Shown in pieces: positions 37,406 to 46,836 of a DNA stretch of 64,000 nt (position 1 is the stretch's first letter; every line of letters begins with the position of its first letter). The notes beneath the pieces are model-generated. The model was not told where the DNA came from. It was given only the letters and a program-made list of their open reading frames with translations, and did no database searches. Source of the stretch: a virus; IMG/VR virus record IMGVR_UViG_3300017780_004980, positions 33,767-97,766 of that record; one strand, written 5' to 3'. Both the position numbers and the translations under genes were made by a program.

Positions 37406-37812
37406 CAGGCGTTGGCGTCGGTCAGGGTGAAGCTGGAGATGGTCACGGCCTGCCCGGAGGCGATGGAGGTGTTGTCCAGCGTGAGGTCGCCGCCGCCGCC
37501 CGTGGCCGTCACCGTGCCCTGCAATCCGCAGGTGGTGCCGTCCGAGGCGAAGATGCGGAAGTGGCCCGCCGTGCCCGTCGCGTCAGCGGTGGCGTCGGTC
37601 CAGGTGCCGCTCTTGGCCTTCGCGCCCGCCGAAGCAGCCGCCATCCAGTCAGAGCCGAGGGCGATGGTCGCCAGCACGGTTCCGCTGTTGGCAGTCGCAC
37701 AGGTGGCCGGCGCCGAGCCCGAGCGGATTTCCATGATCGCGCTCGTGCCGATGGAGGTTTCGATAGCGTCAAGCCGCGCGTTGCGCACAGCGACAGAGAG
37801 TTGGATTGCCAT
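37405..37812 (-). CDS. Putative fibre base / virion structural protein
   Basis: RNARLDAIE...IRSGSAP...GTVLA...ATGTAGHFRI...LQGTV...GGDL.LDNTSIASGQ pattern typical of small phage structural proteins found before fibre genes. Confidence 0.65.
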   Translation of the reverse strand: MAIQLSVAVRNARLDAIETSIGTSAIMEIRSGSAPATCATANSGTVLATIALGSDWMAAASAGAKAKSGTWTDATADATGTAGHFRIFASDGTTCGLQGTVTATGGGGDLTLDNTSIASGQAVTISSFTLTDANA

Positions 37813-37872
37813 GAGTGACTCCCGCTTGGCCCAGGGCTGGACTAGTATGCGACTTTGCGGGGTTCCGCAAGA

Positions 37873-39756
37873 TCAGCCGCGTTGCTGCTGCTGATAGATC
37901 GTGGGCGTAATCCCGTGCTGGAACCAGAGTTCGGTCCGCATGGTCAGCCCATAAGCGACCCCGGCCATGGCGTCCGAGCAGTCCTTCGACCCCTGCGGCG
38001 GGTGGTCGATCTTGCTTGTCAGCATGTTGCGTTCCAGATGGATCGTCTCGGTCATAGCCACCTCATGCTCAGGGGCCAGGACCCGGCCATCCCCCAGGGC
38101 GGTCTTGAACGTATCGTACGGCAGGGTGTCGATATCCACCGACTTGATCCCCGTCATGAAGCCGTTCTGAGCCAGGATTTGCCGGGTGTCCGCCGACTGG
38201 AAGCTGTCCATGGTCACGTACTTGATCGGCAGGCCGAGGTCGCGCAGCCGCATGAGCATGTCCCGGATACGGCTGAAGACGATCTCGCCGTTCTCCGGCC
38301 GGCGGACCCGCAGGATGAAGTCATAGACGATCTCAGGCAGCATCTCGACAGTGGTCGGGCTACGCTTCATCGGCACGAACCGCTTGATGTACCCGCACGC
38401 CACGCCGGCGGCGTCCCCGGTCAAGGCCAGGTCGAGGTGGACCCATCGCGGGTTCTCCGTGTCCCGGAACAGCTTCGGATGGGTCTGGGCGAACGAGGCC
38501 ACAAAGTCGCAGTCCGGGCGGGACAGGATCGAGGGAACCTTGCCGAAGCAAGCCTTCACCGGTTCCGGGTCCATAATGTACGGGTTGATGGCGTAGGTCG
38601 AGTGGCCGCCGATGTTGCGGATCGCCTTCAGGATATCGTTGCGGAACGAGGGCCTGAACTCCTCCGGCACCCTCAGCACCAGGTGAGCGTCCTTCTCGGG
38701 GATTTTGTCCCCCTCTTTGACCAGGAACGGTTTCCGGGTCGCGTCCCCCAGGAACACGTCGAACCACTTGCCGGTGAAGAAGTGGAGCGGCTTCACGTCC
38801 CAGACCCGCTTGTCGTAGACGTAGATCGTCGTGACGCCCTGCTCCTTGAGCTCCTTGCGCGCCTCGTCGATCTTCCGGTCGGTGAACTCGCCCGGGTAAC
38901 GCTTCGAGGACGCCATGCACAGCATCCCCGCCAGCTTGCCGTTCTTCGAGAAGCGCGACCGGCGACGTTCAGCGATGGTGTCGTACAGCGCCTTGGCCTG
39001 GTCGAAGGTCTCGCTGTCCATGTTCTGCTTCGAATTCTCGACGATGGCCATGTAGTTGACCTCGTCCAGCAGACCGCCAATGACGTTCTGACCGATGGCC
39101 GCCGCCGTCGAGCCAGAGTAGTACCGGCAGCAGATGCGGTTCGGGAAGATCAGCTCCGACGTCCGCTCCCGATCCCACTGGAACTCGTTCTGGAAGTACG
39201 GCGCCGCCGTGATCAGGTTGTACAGGCGCTCGAAGGCGTTCTTCGTCGGGCCGCCGGCCGAGAACGACTGGATGGCGAAGACGATTTCGTCGGTGCTGGC
39301 CAGGCCGAACTCCGCGTGCGGGTTCCGATACCGGGACAGGATGTAAATCTGGTAGGCGATGGTGTAGTTGGCCAGGGTCGTCTTCGCGGACCCGATCCCG
39401 CCGGTCAGCACCGCCTCGACGTAGCGTCCGCTGTTCAGCTCAGAGCCACACTTCAGCACCTCGGGGTAAATCTCGTGGGCCCGGTCCAGATACTCCTTGC
39501 CCGTGACGAACTCCGCGAAAGAGACCGGCAGGACGTTGTCCTTGTAGAGGCTGTACTCCTCCTCGTAGGCGAAGGCGTCCTCCACGGCCTGGGCCAGCCG
39601 GCGCAGCCCTGCCTCCAGGAACCCGCGCTGGTCGACCTGCTTCATGCCTTGGGCGGCCAGCCACACCGACTGCCCCGGAACCCCGAACTCCATCAGGAGT
39701 TCGTGGATTTCAGGCAACGTGAGTTTGGGTGACTTCTTCTTCGTAATCGCCGTCAT
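37873..39756 (-). CDS. terL: Terminase large subunit
   Basis: Walker A GGIGSAKT, Walker B GLLDE, coupling motif ASS, nuclease HLDLA / MDSFQS / KDCSDA; likely start MTAITKK. Confidence 0.9.
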   Translation of the reverse strand: MTAITKKKSPKLTLPEIHELLMEFGVPGQSVWLAAQGMKQVDQRGFLEAGLRRLAQAVEDAFAYEEEYSLYKDNVLPVSFAEFVTGKEYLDRAHEIYPEVLKCGSELNSGRYVEAVLTGGIGSAKTTLANYTIAYQIYILSRYRNPHAEFGLASTDEIVFAIQSFSAGGPTKNAFERLYNLITAAPYFQNEFQWDRERTSELIFPNRICCRYYSGSTAAAIGQNVIGGLLDEVNYMAIVENSKQNMDSETFDQAKALYDTIAERRRSRFSKNGKLAGMLCMASSKRYPGEFTDRKIDEARKELKEQGVTTIYVYDKRVWDVKPLHFFTGKWFDVFLGDATRKPFLVKEGDKIPEKDAHLVLRVPEEFRPSFRNDILKAIRNIGGHSTYAINPYIMDPEPVKACFGKVPSILSRPDCDFVASFAQTHPKLFRDTENPRWVHLDLALTGDAAGVACGYIKRFVPMKRSPTTVEMLPEIVYDFILRVRRPENGEIVFSRIRDMLMRLRDLGLPIKYVTMDSFQSADTRQILAQNGFMTGIKSVDIDTLPYDTFKTALGDGRVLAPEHEVAMTETIHLERNMLTSKIDHPPQGSKDCSDAMAGVAYGLTMRTELWFQHGITPTIYQQQQRG

Positions 39757-40333
39757 CGGCGTCCCCCAGGGCTTCATGGATGCGCTTGGCGGCGCGGGCA
39801 ACGGCGGGGGTGATCTCGATGCGGGCGACGCGCGGGTCGCTCGACGGAGCAACGGCCTCGCGGTAGGTCATCTTCATCTTCGGACGCAGGCCGAGCTTGT
39901 CCAACAGCAGACTGTACTCGGAGTTGGCCTTAAACGCCGCCGCGACGCCGTCGGTGAACTGCTTCGGGATGACCGGCGTGCCCTGTTCCATGAGCTCGTC
40001 GATCTTCTTCTTGCCGTGGTAGCCGACCTCCGCCAGGGACATGGCCATTTCGTGGGCCACGTTCAGCGGGTTGTAGGCCGAGGCCATGCGCCGGACGTCG
40101 GCCAGACCCGCCTTATCCAGCTCCCGCATCAGGTTGGCTTCGACGACCTCCCGCTTGTAGCGGGTGAGCAGCTTCTCGCAGGCGCCGTCCGACTTCTCAG
40201 CCCAGAGCTTCCAGTCGATCTTGATGACCGAGCGCATGCGCTTGGCCCCGGCGCCGGCGGCCATCATCTCGTCGATCTGCTTAACCCGCTCGGGGCCCAG
40301 CGCGATGATGTCGGCAAACCGCCCCTTAGCCAT
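39710..40333 (-). CDS. terS: Probable terminase small subunit
   Basis: 207-aa helical protein immediately upstream of and overlapping terL; call is positional. Confidence 0.55.
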   Translation of the reverse strand: MAKGRFADIIALGPERVKQIDEMMAAGAGAKRMRSVIKIDWKLWAEKSDGACEKLLTRYKREVVEANLMRELDKAGLADVRRMASAYNPLNVAHEMAMSLAEVGYHGKKKIDELMEQGTPVIPKQFTDGVAAAFKANSEYSLLLDKLGLRPKMKMTYREAVAPSSDPRVARIEITPAVARAAKRIHEALGDADDGDYEEEVTQTHVA

Positions 40334-40769
40334 GTGCTCCCGCCCACGTACGCCCGAGTAACAGCTTGCTTACTGTCGCCTGGGTCACCCCATATTCCTC
40401 GGCTAGGTCAGCTTGCCTGATCTTTCCAGGAACGTAGGCCTCTTGTATGGCCAAAACGGCGGCATCCGTCAATTTGCTATTCCCTGCGGCGGCTCCTCTG
40501 GCCGTTCTTCCGCGCACCTGTCGGTCGTCTATGTTTTGCTGATGCGTCCCGTATAGGAGATGAGCGGGGTTCACGCAGCGCGGCTGGTCGCAGGTGTGCC
40601 GAACTTCCTGATCCGGCGGGCACGACCCATGAGCCAGTTCGCAAACGTACCGATGGACGTACATCTGCCGGCCTTTAACTTTGACAAAGCCGTAGACCTC
40701 ACCGGCTCCTGTGAAAATCCAGCAGTCTCCCGCCGGGAACACCTTGTCCATGATCCGATCTGGGATCAC
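40326..40769 (-). CDS. HNH homing endonuclease with C-terminal HTH
   Basis: CWIFTG, HR...VRHTCDQPRCVNPAHL..GT...N, QADLAEEYGVTQATVS. Confidence 0.92.
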   Translation of the reverse strand: MIPDRIMDKVFPAGDCWIFTGAGEVYGFVKVKGRQMYVHRYVCELAHGSCPPDQEVRHTCDQPRCVNPAHLLYGTHQQNIDDRQVRGRTARGAAAGNSKLTDAAVLAIQEAYVPGKIRQADLAEEYGVTQATVSKLLLGRTWAGAHG

Positions 40770-41713
40770 AGGCCCTCCACCTTCTTCAAATTGTCCAAAG
40801 TCGGGGCGACCAGCATGTCCTTGGGCATTTTCACCAGCGGCGTGTTGTCAAACGCGGCTTGCACCAAGGCAGGCTGCTCGCCCTTGGCGATCTCCTGAAT
40901 GACGTACCCAATGACGGCGTCCATGGAGCGGTTCTGCTCGATGCAGGCTTGCCCGATCAAGGTGAGCGCGTCCCACGATTTCTTGTCCGCCAGCCTGAGC
41001 CAGATCGACTGCTGCCCGCCATAGTCCATGATGAGGTACCCATAGGGTAGCGTGTCCCCGTACATCGTGAACATATGGTTCAGTAGCTTGGCCAGGCCGT
41101 CGACCGTCTTGATCTCGGCCGCCGCCTCGCGGAACGTCTGCTGCAAGTCCTTCGGCAAGGTCTTGGCCGACTGCTCGATCAGCTTCTTGAACTCCGCCTC
41201 GTCGGCGAAGCCGAACATATCCTGGATGACGTCTTCGCCGTAGCCCTTGGTCAGGTACTTCTCGTACAGGCCGAAGAACCGCTGCGGGTCCAGCCGGCCC
41301 TTGATGGCGTTGTGCCGCATCAGCTGCACTTCCGCCTCCTCCTCGTTGAAGGCCGGGTCGACGATCACCGTGCAGGGAATGTCCAGTTCTTCGTTGAACT
41401 TGGCGGCTTCGGTACGGTGGTGGCCCCCGATGATGCGGAAGACGACGCCCTCGCCCTGCAAGGCGGCGTAGAAGGCGGCGAGGCTCTCGTCGGTGGGCTC
41501 GGCCCCCAACAGCTTCTTGTGAGCGTCCCAGACCTTCCTGAACAGCTTCAGATCGAACGGCCAGACGAGGACGGCGTCGGTGTGGCCGACCCGCTGCCGG
41601 TTCTCCACCAAGAGATCGAACTCCCGGTCGGTCATCTTGTTCGGGTTGTTCTCGGACGGGATCAGCAGCTTGATCGGCAGCTTGGTCCGCACCGGCTCGT
41701 AGGATTTCGCCAA
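40766..41713 (-). CDS. ParB/sulfiredoxin-like N-terminal domain protein
   Basis: L.PSENNPNKM, RIIGGHHR..AA, HNAIKG motifs; TTG start. Confidence 0.85.
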   Translation of the reverse strand: MAKSYEPVRTKLPIKLLIPSENNPNKMTDREFDLLVENRQRVGHTDAVLVWPFDLKLFRKVWDAHKKLLGAEPTDESLAAFYAALQGEGVVFRIIGGHHRTEAAKFNEELDIPCTVIVDPAFNEEEAEVQLMRHNAIKGRLDPQRFFGLYEKYLTKGYGEDVIQDMFGFADEAEFKKLIEQSAKTLPKDLQQTFREAAAEIKTVDGLAKLLNHMFTMYGDTLPYGYLIMDYGGQQSIWLRLADKKSWDALTLIGQACIEQNRSMDAVIGYVIQEIAKGEQPALVQAAFDNTPLVKMPKDMLVAPTLDNLKKVEGL

Positions 41714-41727
41714 AGCCCCCTCCTTGG

Positions 41728-43212
41728 TCAGGATCGGAGGCGAAGATGCCCCGTCACCGTGCTTGCGTCCTCATAGCCATAGTGCAGTTTCAGGCCGATG
41801 CGAAGGGTATTCCAGGCTTGGCTGAAGGTGATCGACCGCTTCAGCCGGTCCCCGTCCCGCGTCTTGTCGGCCAGCACGCCCATGGCGCCGGTCTTGCCCA
41901 GCCGCTTGACGGTCTCGAACATCGTCTCCTCGCCGGATTTCATCTCCTCGGCCAGCAGCTTCACGGCGGCGTTGTCCTTCAGGACCTGGAGGTCTTCGGT
42001 CTCCTCCATCATGGTCTCGTACCGGAGCAGAGCGTCGTAGAGCTTCGGGTACAGCAAGTCGTCCGCGAACCGCTTGGCGTAGGTGGTCTTGAACCAGCCT
42101 TGCTGCCATTCGACGAACCGGGCGTACTGGCCGGCGTAGTCGTCATAGAGCGCCTTGAACATGCCGTACACGCTCGCCGGCCCGGGGCAGTAGAACGGAT
42201 AGTCAGGCCCGAGCATGCTTTCATGGACCGGCGTGCGGGTCGTGATGACCGGGGTGCCGAGCATCAGCGGCTCGATCAGCGACAGACTGAAGCCGCCGCC
42301 TTTTGGCATGTAGATGAAGGCGTGGAGCTCCGACTTGACGATCTCCCAGAACTGCTCTCGGGGCGGGAACCGGACGTCGACAATGTCCTCGTCGAAGCCC
42401 TTGATGATCGTCGACACCGTGCAGGCGATCAGCTTGACCTGATCCCCGCGCAGGACCCAGGCCTTCTCCATGATCTGGTAGATATCGTCGACGTTGTTCG
42501 CCTTCTCCATCCGGCCGATGTAGGCCAGGCCGAACGGCTGCTCTCCACCCTTCTGGAAGAAGCTGTCCTCCGGCTTGATCCGGTATTCCTCGAACTGGCC
42601 GGTGACCACCGGGGTGATCTTCGGTTCCAGTTGGCGGACCAGCGACGGGGTGAAGTGGTTGCGGGCCTCCCGCAGGATACCGGGCTTCTCATGGTACGAG
42701 CAGACCCAGACGTTGTCGGCCGCCAGGTAGCCGTCGATGGTCCAGCGGTCCTGAACCCCGGGCACCATCTGCGGAACCGTGTCCTTGAAGCTGACCATCG
42801 GCATCACCTCCAGCACCCAGACCTGCTTGGTCCAGTGCCAGCGGCGCTCGCGCGGCGAGGTCATGATCAGGCGCATCAGCGGGGTCAGTCCGGTCCGCAC
42901 GGTCAGCACGACGTCCGCATCCCAGGTCTCGCCGTTGAAGGCCAGGTAGTCCTCCAGTTCGGCGCCGAGCGTGATGTACTCCCGCACCCGGTCCTTGGTG
43001 CTGGTGTTCCGCAGGTACCTGATGTTCGGGTGCTTCGGGTACCAGTCCATGTCGGCCTCTTCGACATAGGACGGGACCACCCAGTAGAAGAACACGTCCT
43101 CGCGCTTCTCATCCAGCAGCACCCGGTCGACGAAGGTCCGGAACATGATCGTCGTCGAGCACTTGCCCGGCGTCGAGGTCAGGATCGGATCGAGCAAGAT
43201 TTTCGTGGTCAT
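41728..43212 (-). CDS. Glycosyltransferase (GT-B fold, GT4-like)
   Basis: YIGRMEKAN and GFSLSLIEPLMLGTPVI nucleotide-sugar-binding motif. Confidence 0.8.
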   Translation of the reverse strand: MTTKILLDPILTSTPGKCSTTIMFRTFVDRVLLDEKREDVFFYWVVPSYVEEADMDWYPKHPNIRYLRNTSTKDRVREYITLGAELEDYLAFNGETWDADVVLTVRTGLTPLMRLIMTSPRERRWHWTKQVWVLEVMPMVSFKDTVPQMVPGVQDRWTIDGYLAADNVWVCSYHEKPGILREARNHFTPSLVRQLEPKITPVVTGQFEEYRIKPEDSFFQKGGEQPFGLAYIGRMEKANNVDDIYQIMEKAWVLRGDQVKLIACTVSTIIKGFDEDIVDVRFPPREQFWEIVKSELHAFIYMPKGGGFSLSLIEPLMLGTPVITTRTPVHESMLGPDYPFYCPGPASVYGMFKALYDDYAGQYARFVEWQQGWFKTTYAKRFADDLLYPKLYDALLRYETMMEETEDLQVLKDNAAVKLLAEEMKSGEETMFETVKRLGKTGAMGVLADKTRDGDRLKRSITFSQAWNTLRIGLKLHYGYEDASTVTGHLRLRS

Positions 43213-43856
43213 GCTTGGGTCGCCCGGAGCAAGAGGAAGCGTTCAGCGTGGGTTCGGTTGACTTGCATCCCCCGCATACGGGTGTGGACTTCGGCGCCTT
43301 TGATCGAAATCAGGCCGGTCGCCAGGTCCAGCCGTTGGGTGGCGTGCAGCATAAGGGCCGCGCCCTTCCGTTCGATATCGGGTTCGATCAGGGCCTCGTA
43401 GCGCCAGCCGAATTCCTGGGGCGGGTGCTGTCCGGGCATCTCGTAGGCCCATAGGTCCGGGCCCTCGGCACGGCGTGCAACCACTTGCAATGCGTCCCAG
43501 AGCGCCGTGTGGTCCTGATTGAACCAGGGCAGGCAGACGTAGACGGCGCTCGGCGCGTGTTGCAACAGCAGGCCGTCGATCCAGTCGGCGACTTCGCTCC
43601 TCGGCACCAGGTCCAGCTTGTTCTCGGCGTCGAACGGCCGCCAGTGCCAGTGCGCTCCCAGCACATGACAAGCGGCCATCTGATCCAGTTCACGGTCTTC
43701 CGGAGAGACCACCAGACCATCCCGGTTTTCGTACTTCGAGGCGCAGGCGACGGCGATGACCACCTCCTGTTTCCTCCGGTGGCACCACTTGGCGATAGTA
43801 CCCCCCATAGCCAGTTCGGCGTCGTCGGCATGGGGGGACAGGACGAGGATGGTCAC
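43209..43856 (-). CDS. PIG-L/LmbE-family N-acetyl-sugar deacetylase
   Basis: LSPHADDAELAMGG, R..D, NQDH, H.TQ, AERF; GTG start overlaps the upstream stop. Confidence 0.9.
   Translation of the reverse strand: MTILVLSPHADDAELAMGGTIAKWCHRRKQEVVIAVACASKYENRDGLVVSPEDRELDQMAACHVLGAHWHWRPFDAENKLDLVPRSEVADWIDGLLLQHAPSAVYVCLPWFNQDHTALWDALQVVARRAEGPDLWAYEMPGQHPPQEFGWRYEALIEPDIERKGAALMLHATQRLDLATGLISIKGAEVHTRMRGMQVNRTHAERFLLLRATQA
43476..43489 (-). repeat. 14-bp motif (copy 7, inside PIG-L gene)
   Basis: Exact match. Confidence 0.9.
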
Positions 43857-44491
43857 AGGTGCTCCAATCGGTAGTCGCGCAGGAAGTCCGCCGGCCGCTC
43901 CTCGCGGGCGATGATCTCCAGGAAGCTGCGACGGTCTGGGTTGTTCATTACATGAACCAACGCCGGGATATGCGCGGTCTCGTCGGCCAGACGATAGTCC
44001 CGCACCGCCGGCCCGCACAAGTACAGCTTGGCGTCCGGGGCGTATAATTGCACCCGGGCCAGGTTCCGCCGGAAGGTCGTGTGCCCGGGCGGGTAGGTCT
44101 TGCATAGCCGGATATACGCCCCGGCGCCAACGAGGCCCTGGATCGTCTGAGCCATGGCCAACCAGACCTTGCTGTACGGCTTGCCCTCGGAGACTTCCAG
44201 CAGGTTGGCGATCTTCTCCAGCCGGGCTCCAAACCTGTTGCGCCGGGACATGAGCAGCTGGCGGATCGTCTTGGCCGCCTTGTCCGTCCCGGTAACCCGG
44301 GCTTCTCCAATGGTCTTCTCTCTGGTCAGACCAACGCCGAATTGACCCTGTGCCGTGATCTCCCCGCGCCCAAGATGATCCTCCTGCCGCAGGGCGACGT
44401 CGAGCATGGCGATGTGCGTGTCGGCAGCGAACACCTTCGACCAGTAGCCGGCATGGCCGAACAGGAAGGGCTGGTGGTCGGAGACGATCAT
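43853..44491 (-). CDS. wbqC: WbqC-like protein (putative aminoacyl/glycyl transferase for amino sugars)
   Basis: N-terminal HQPFLF..GYW.K...AD....LDV and YLCGP...DY, S.LE motifs. Confidence 0.75.
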   Translation of the reverse strand: MIVSDHQPFLFGHAGYWSKVFAADTHIAMLDVALRQEDHLGRGEITAQGQFGVGLTREKTIGEARVTGTDKAAKTIRQLLMSRRNRFGARLEKIANLLEVSEGKPYSKVWLAMAQTIQGLVGAGAYIRLCKTYPPGHTTFRRNLARVQLYAPDAKLYLCGPAVRDYRLADETAHIPALVHVMNNPDRRSFLEIIAREERPADFLRDYRLEHL

Positions 44492-45159
44492 TTTTGGGCC
44501 ACGACGAAAACGGCCTTCTGCTTGGCGTGGCGGAACCAGCTGTTCCCGGTCAGGCGCTCCAGCGCCACCGCCAGCCGTTGCGGGACCAGTTTTGAGTACG
44601 CCCAGGTCAGCAGCCCCGGGCGCTTGTCGGTCTGGTGCATGGTGCCGTGCCAGAGAACTTCGAGGCCCGCCATCTCGACGGCCTTCACCAACCCGGCTTC
44701 GGTCACCGGGTGGACGTGGGTCGGGTCGTCCCAGAAGTAGGCGGAAGTCGTGTGCCAGTCCGGCGCCATGACGACCAGCACGCCGCTGTCGGCAAGCATC
44801 GCGGCCAGCTTCTCGATGAAGCCGACCTGATCCCCGATGTGCTCGATCACCGACTTGCAGAACACCATGTCGGCCTGGCCCATGAGCAGCACCGGGACCT
44901 CGCCGAAGTCCCAGTACCGGAACATATCGGACAAGTGCCCCCTGATCGCCATGCGGGAGCGATCCAGCAGCCAGAGCGTCGATTTCTTCGTGGTCTTGTA
45001 CAGCAGGGCCTCTCCGAAATCCCCGGTGCCGCAGCCGACGTCAAAGATCGTGATGTCGTCGTCGAGCAGGCTCTCCTCCCAGAGGTCCCGCGCCAGTCGC
45101 GCCGGGAAGCCGCTCGGAGCGGCCTGGGTCAGCTCGGTCTTGGCGTAGGCGTCAGACAC
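44488..45159 (-). CDS. Class I SAM-dependent methyltransferase
   Basis: FDVGCGTG, SVIEHI, WDDPTH. Confidence 0.9.
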   Translation of the reverse strand: MSDAYAKTELTQAAPSGFPARLARDLWEESLLDDDITIFDVGCGTGDFGEALLYKTTKKSTLWLLDRSRMAIRGHLSDMFRYWDFGEVPVLLMGQADMVFCKSVIEHIGDQVGFIEKLAAMLADSGVLVVMAPDWHTTSAYFWDDPTHVHPVTEAGLVKAVEMAGLEVLWHGTMHQTDKRPGLLTWAYSKLVPQRLAVALERLTGNSWFRHAKQKAVFVVAQK

Positions 45160-46231
45160 GGTAGTCTCCAGTGTAGGTCGGAACCAGTTCCTTCAAGAGC
45201 CGCAGCGCGGCCTCCCGGTGTCGGAGCGGCACCGCGACCTTGAGCTTGAGCAGGGTCTGCGACAACTCCGGGTCCAGCTGGATCGTGCCGGCCATTACGC
45301 CGGGGATCACCGTGGACGGCTTCGGGGCCTCGTCCGGGTAGAACAGCTCCTCGGACAGCTTTTCGCCCGGTCGGATGCCTATCTCCTTGATGCAGATATC
45401 GACGCCCGGCTCCTTGTCGGCCAGCTTGATCAGCATGGTCGCCAGGTCGATGATCCTGATCGGCTCGCCCATATCCAGGACGAACAGGGATCGGGGCTCG
45501 TAGTCCAGCGACAAGGACCCCAGGACGAGGGTGACCGCGTCGGTCAGCGTCATCATGTAGCGGGTCATGGCGTGGTGGGTGATCGTCACCGGGCCGCCGG
45601 CCGCGATCTGCTCACGGAACAGGGGGACGGCCGACCCCGCCGAGTTCACGACATTGCCGAAGCGCACCACGGAATACTGGGTCGCCGGGTACAGCCGGCT
45701 GTCGCTGTAATGGGCGGTGATCAGTTCGGCCGCGCGCTTGGTCAATCCCAGGATCGAAGACGGGTTCACCGCCTTGTCGGTCGAAATCACCACCACCTTC
45801 TCGGCCTTGTGGTAGCCCGCACAGGCCAGGACATTGTCGGTCCCGTCGATGTTCGTGGTCATCGCCTCCATGACGTTGTGCGCGATCTCCAGCATCGGGA
45901 CGTGCTTGAGCGCCGCTGCGTGCAGGACGATGTGCGGCTGGTATGCCGTGAAGACCTCGTCCAGCGCCTCGTAGTTCCGGATATCGCACAGGATCGTCGT
46001 GCCTCGGCCGTGCAGGGCCTTATGGGCGTGGTACAGACCGACTTCCGAGTGATCGACGAGGATCAGCTTGGCCAGCGAGTGCTCCAGGCGTTTGGCCAGG
46101 GCCCCGCCGATGGAACCGCCGGCGCCCGTGATCATCACCGTCTTGTTGTCGAATTGGGCCAGGTCCAGAGCAATGCTGGACCGGTCGAGCAGGAGGTGGC
46201 CTAGAGCCGCTCCGCGATCAGCTGAAACCAT
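45152..46231 (-). CDS. UDP-GlcNAc 4,6-dehydratase (PglF/CapD/WbpM catalytic domain, SDR); start approximate
   Basis: TGAGGSIG, HAAALKHVP, ISTDKAVNP, TKR, VRFGNV, MTRY, RPGEKL.EEL. Confidence 0.92.
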   Translation of the reverse strand: MVSADRGAALGHLLLDRSSIALDLAQFDNKTVMITGAGGSIGGALAKRLEHSLAKLILVDHSEVGLYHAHKALHGRGTTILCDIRNYEALDEVFTAYQPHIVLHAAALKHVPMLEIAHNVMEAMTTNIDGTDNVLACAGYHKAEKVVVISTDKAVNPSSILGLTKRAAELITAHYSDSRLYPATQYSVVRFGNVVNSAGSAVPLFREQIAAGGPVTITHHAMTRYMMTLTDAVTLVLGSLSLDYEPRSLFVLDMGEPIRIIDLATMLIKLADKEPGVDICIKEIGIRPGEKLSEELFYPDEAPKPSTVIPGVMAGTIQLDPELSQTLLKLKVAVPLRHREAALRLLKELVPTYTGDYRV

Positions 46232-46836
46232 TGGCGAGTATTGTCCCCCAGGAACGAATAGGCCTTTCGGCCGACATAGGTGATGACGATGTTGCGGAAG
46301 CCGGCGGCGTAAACCAGGTCGTGCAGCTGCGTCTCCGACCACATCTGGCGGATCGTTGGATCGCCCTTGTACCCGGAAAGCAGGTTGTCGAGGGCGAGCC
46401 ATTTGTCGTGACGAGGGTTGGCCACCAGCATGCCCAGCTTCCCGCCAGGTTGCAGGGTGTCGCGCATCGACTTGAGTAGCTCCGCCGGATACGCCGTGTG
46501 GGGCAGAGTATGGATGCAGACGACGTGCCCGACGTTTCTCTCTTTGATCGTGACGCCGTCGAAGGCGCATAGCTGTCGGTGCGGGGCCTTCTCCAAGCCC
46601 AGCTGGATGGCCTCCGGGTTGTAATCGACACCATGATACCGAGCCGCCGGGTTGAAGGCCCGCAGCACGTCGTGCAGGGCGCCCTGATTGCAGCCAACGT
46701 CGAGGACTTTCGGACTGCCGGCGATCTTCATGGTCTGGAACAGAGCGGTGGCGGTCCTCCACCATTGACCGCTCGTTGACCACTCGTCGACGGCCTTCGA
46801 ATAGTCCTTCAGATCGCCTTGTTTATGGTCTCGCAT
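46201..46836 (-). CDS. Class I SAM-dependent methyltransferase; start uncertain
   Basis: VLDVGCNQG, GVDYN, HTLPH, LQPGGKL. Confidence 0.88.
   Translation of the reverse strand: MRDHKQGDLKDYSKAVDEWSTSGQWWRTATALFQTMKIAGSPKVLDVGCNQGALHDVLRAFNPAARYHGVDYNPEAIQLGLEKAPHRQLCAFDGVTIKERNVGHVVCIHTLPHTAYPAELLKSMRDTLQPGGKLGMLVANPRHDKWLALDNLLSGYKGDPTIRQMWSETQLHDLVYAAGFRNIVITYVGRKAYSFLGDNTRQWFQLIAERL

Noticed and set aside
40766-41713. ParABS plasmid-prophage partition system
   Set aside because: No ParA in the window and no clear HTH; the context (GT, terminase) fits the modification-associated ParB-like class better.
45152-46783. 543-aa version of the dehydratase and other long N-terminal extensions in the ORF track (43209..44105, 33070..33798, 54067..54996, 62431..62874)
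   Set aside because: The extensions overlap real upstream genes in another frame; downstream starts with RBS or stop-start overlaps fit better.
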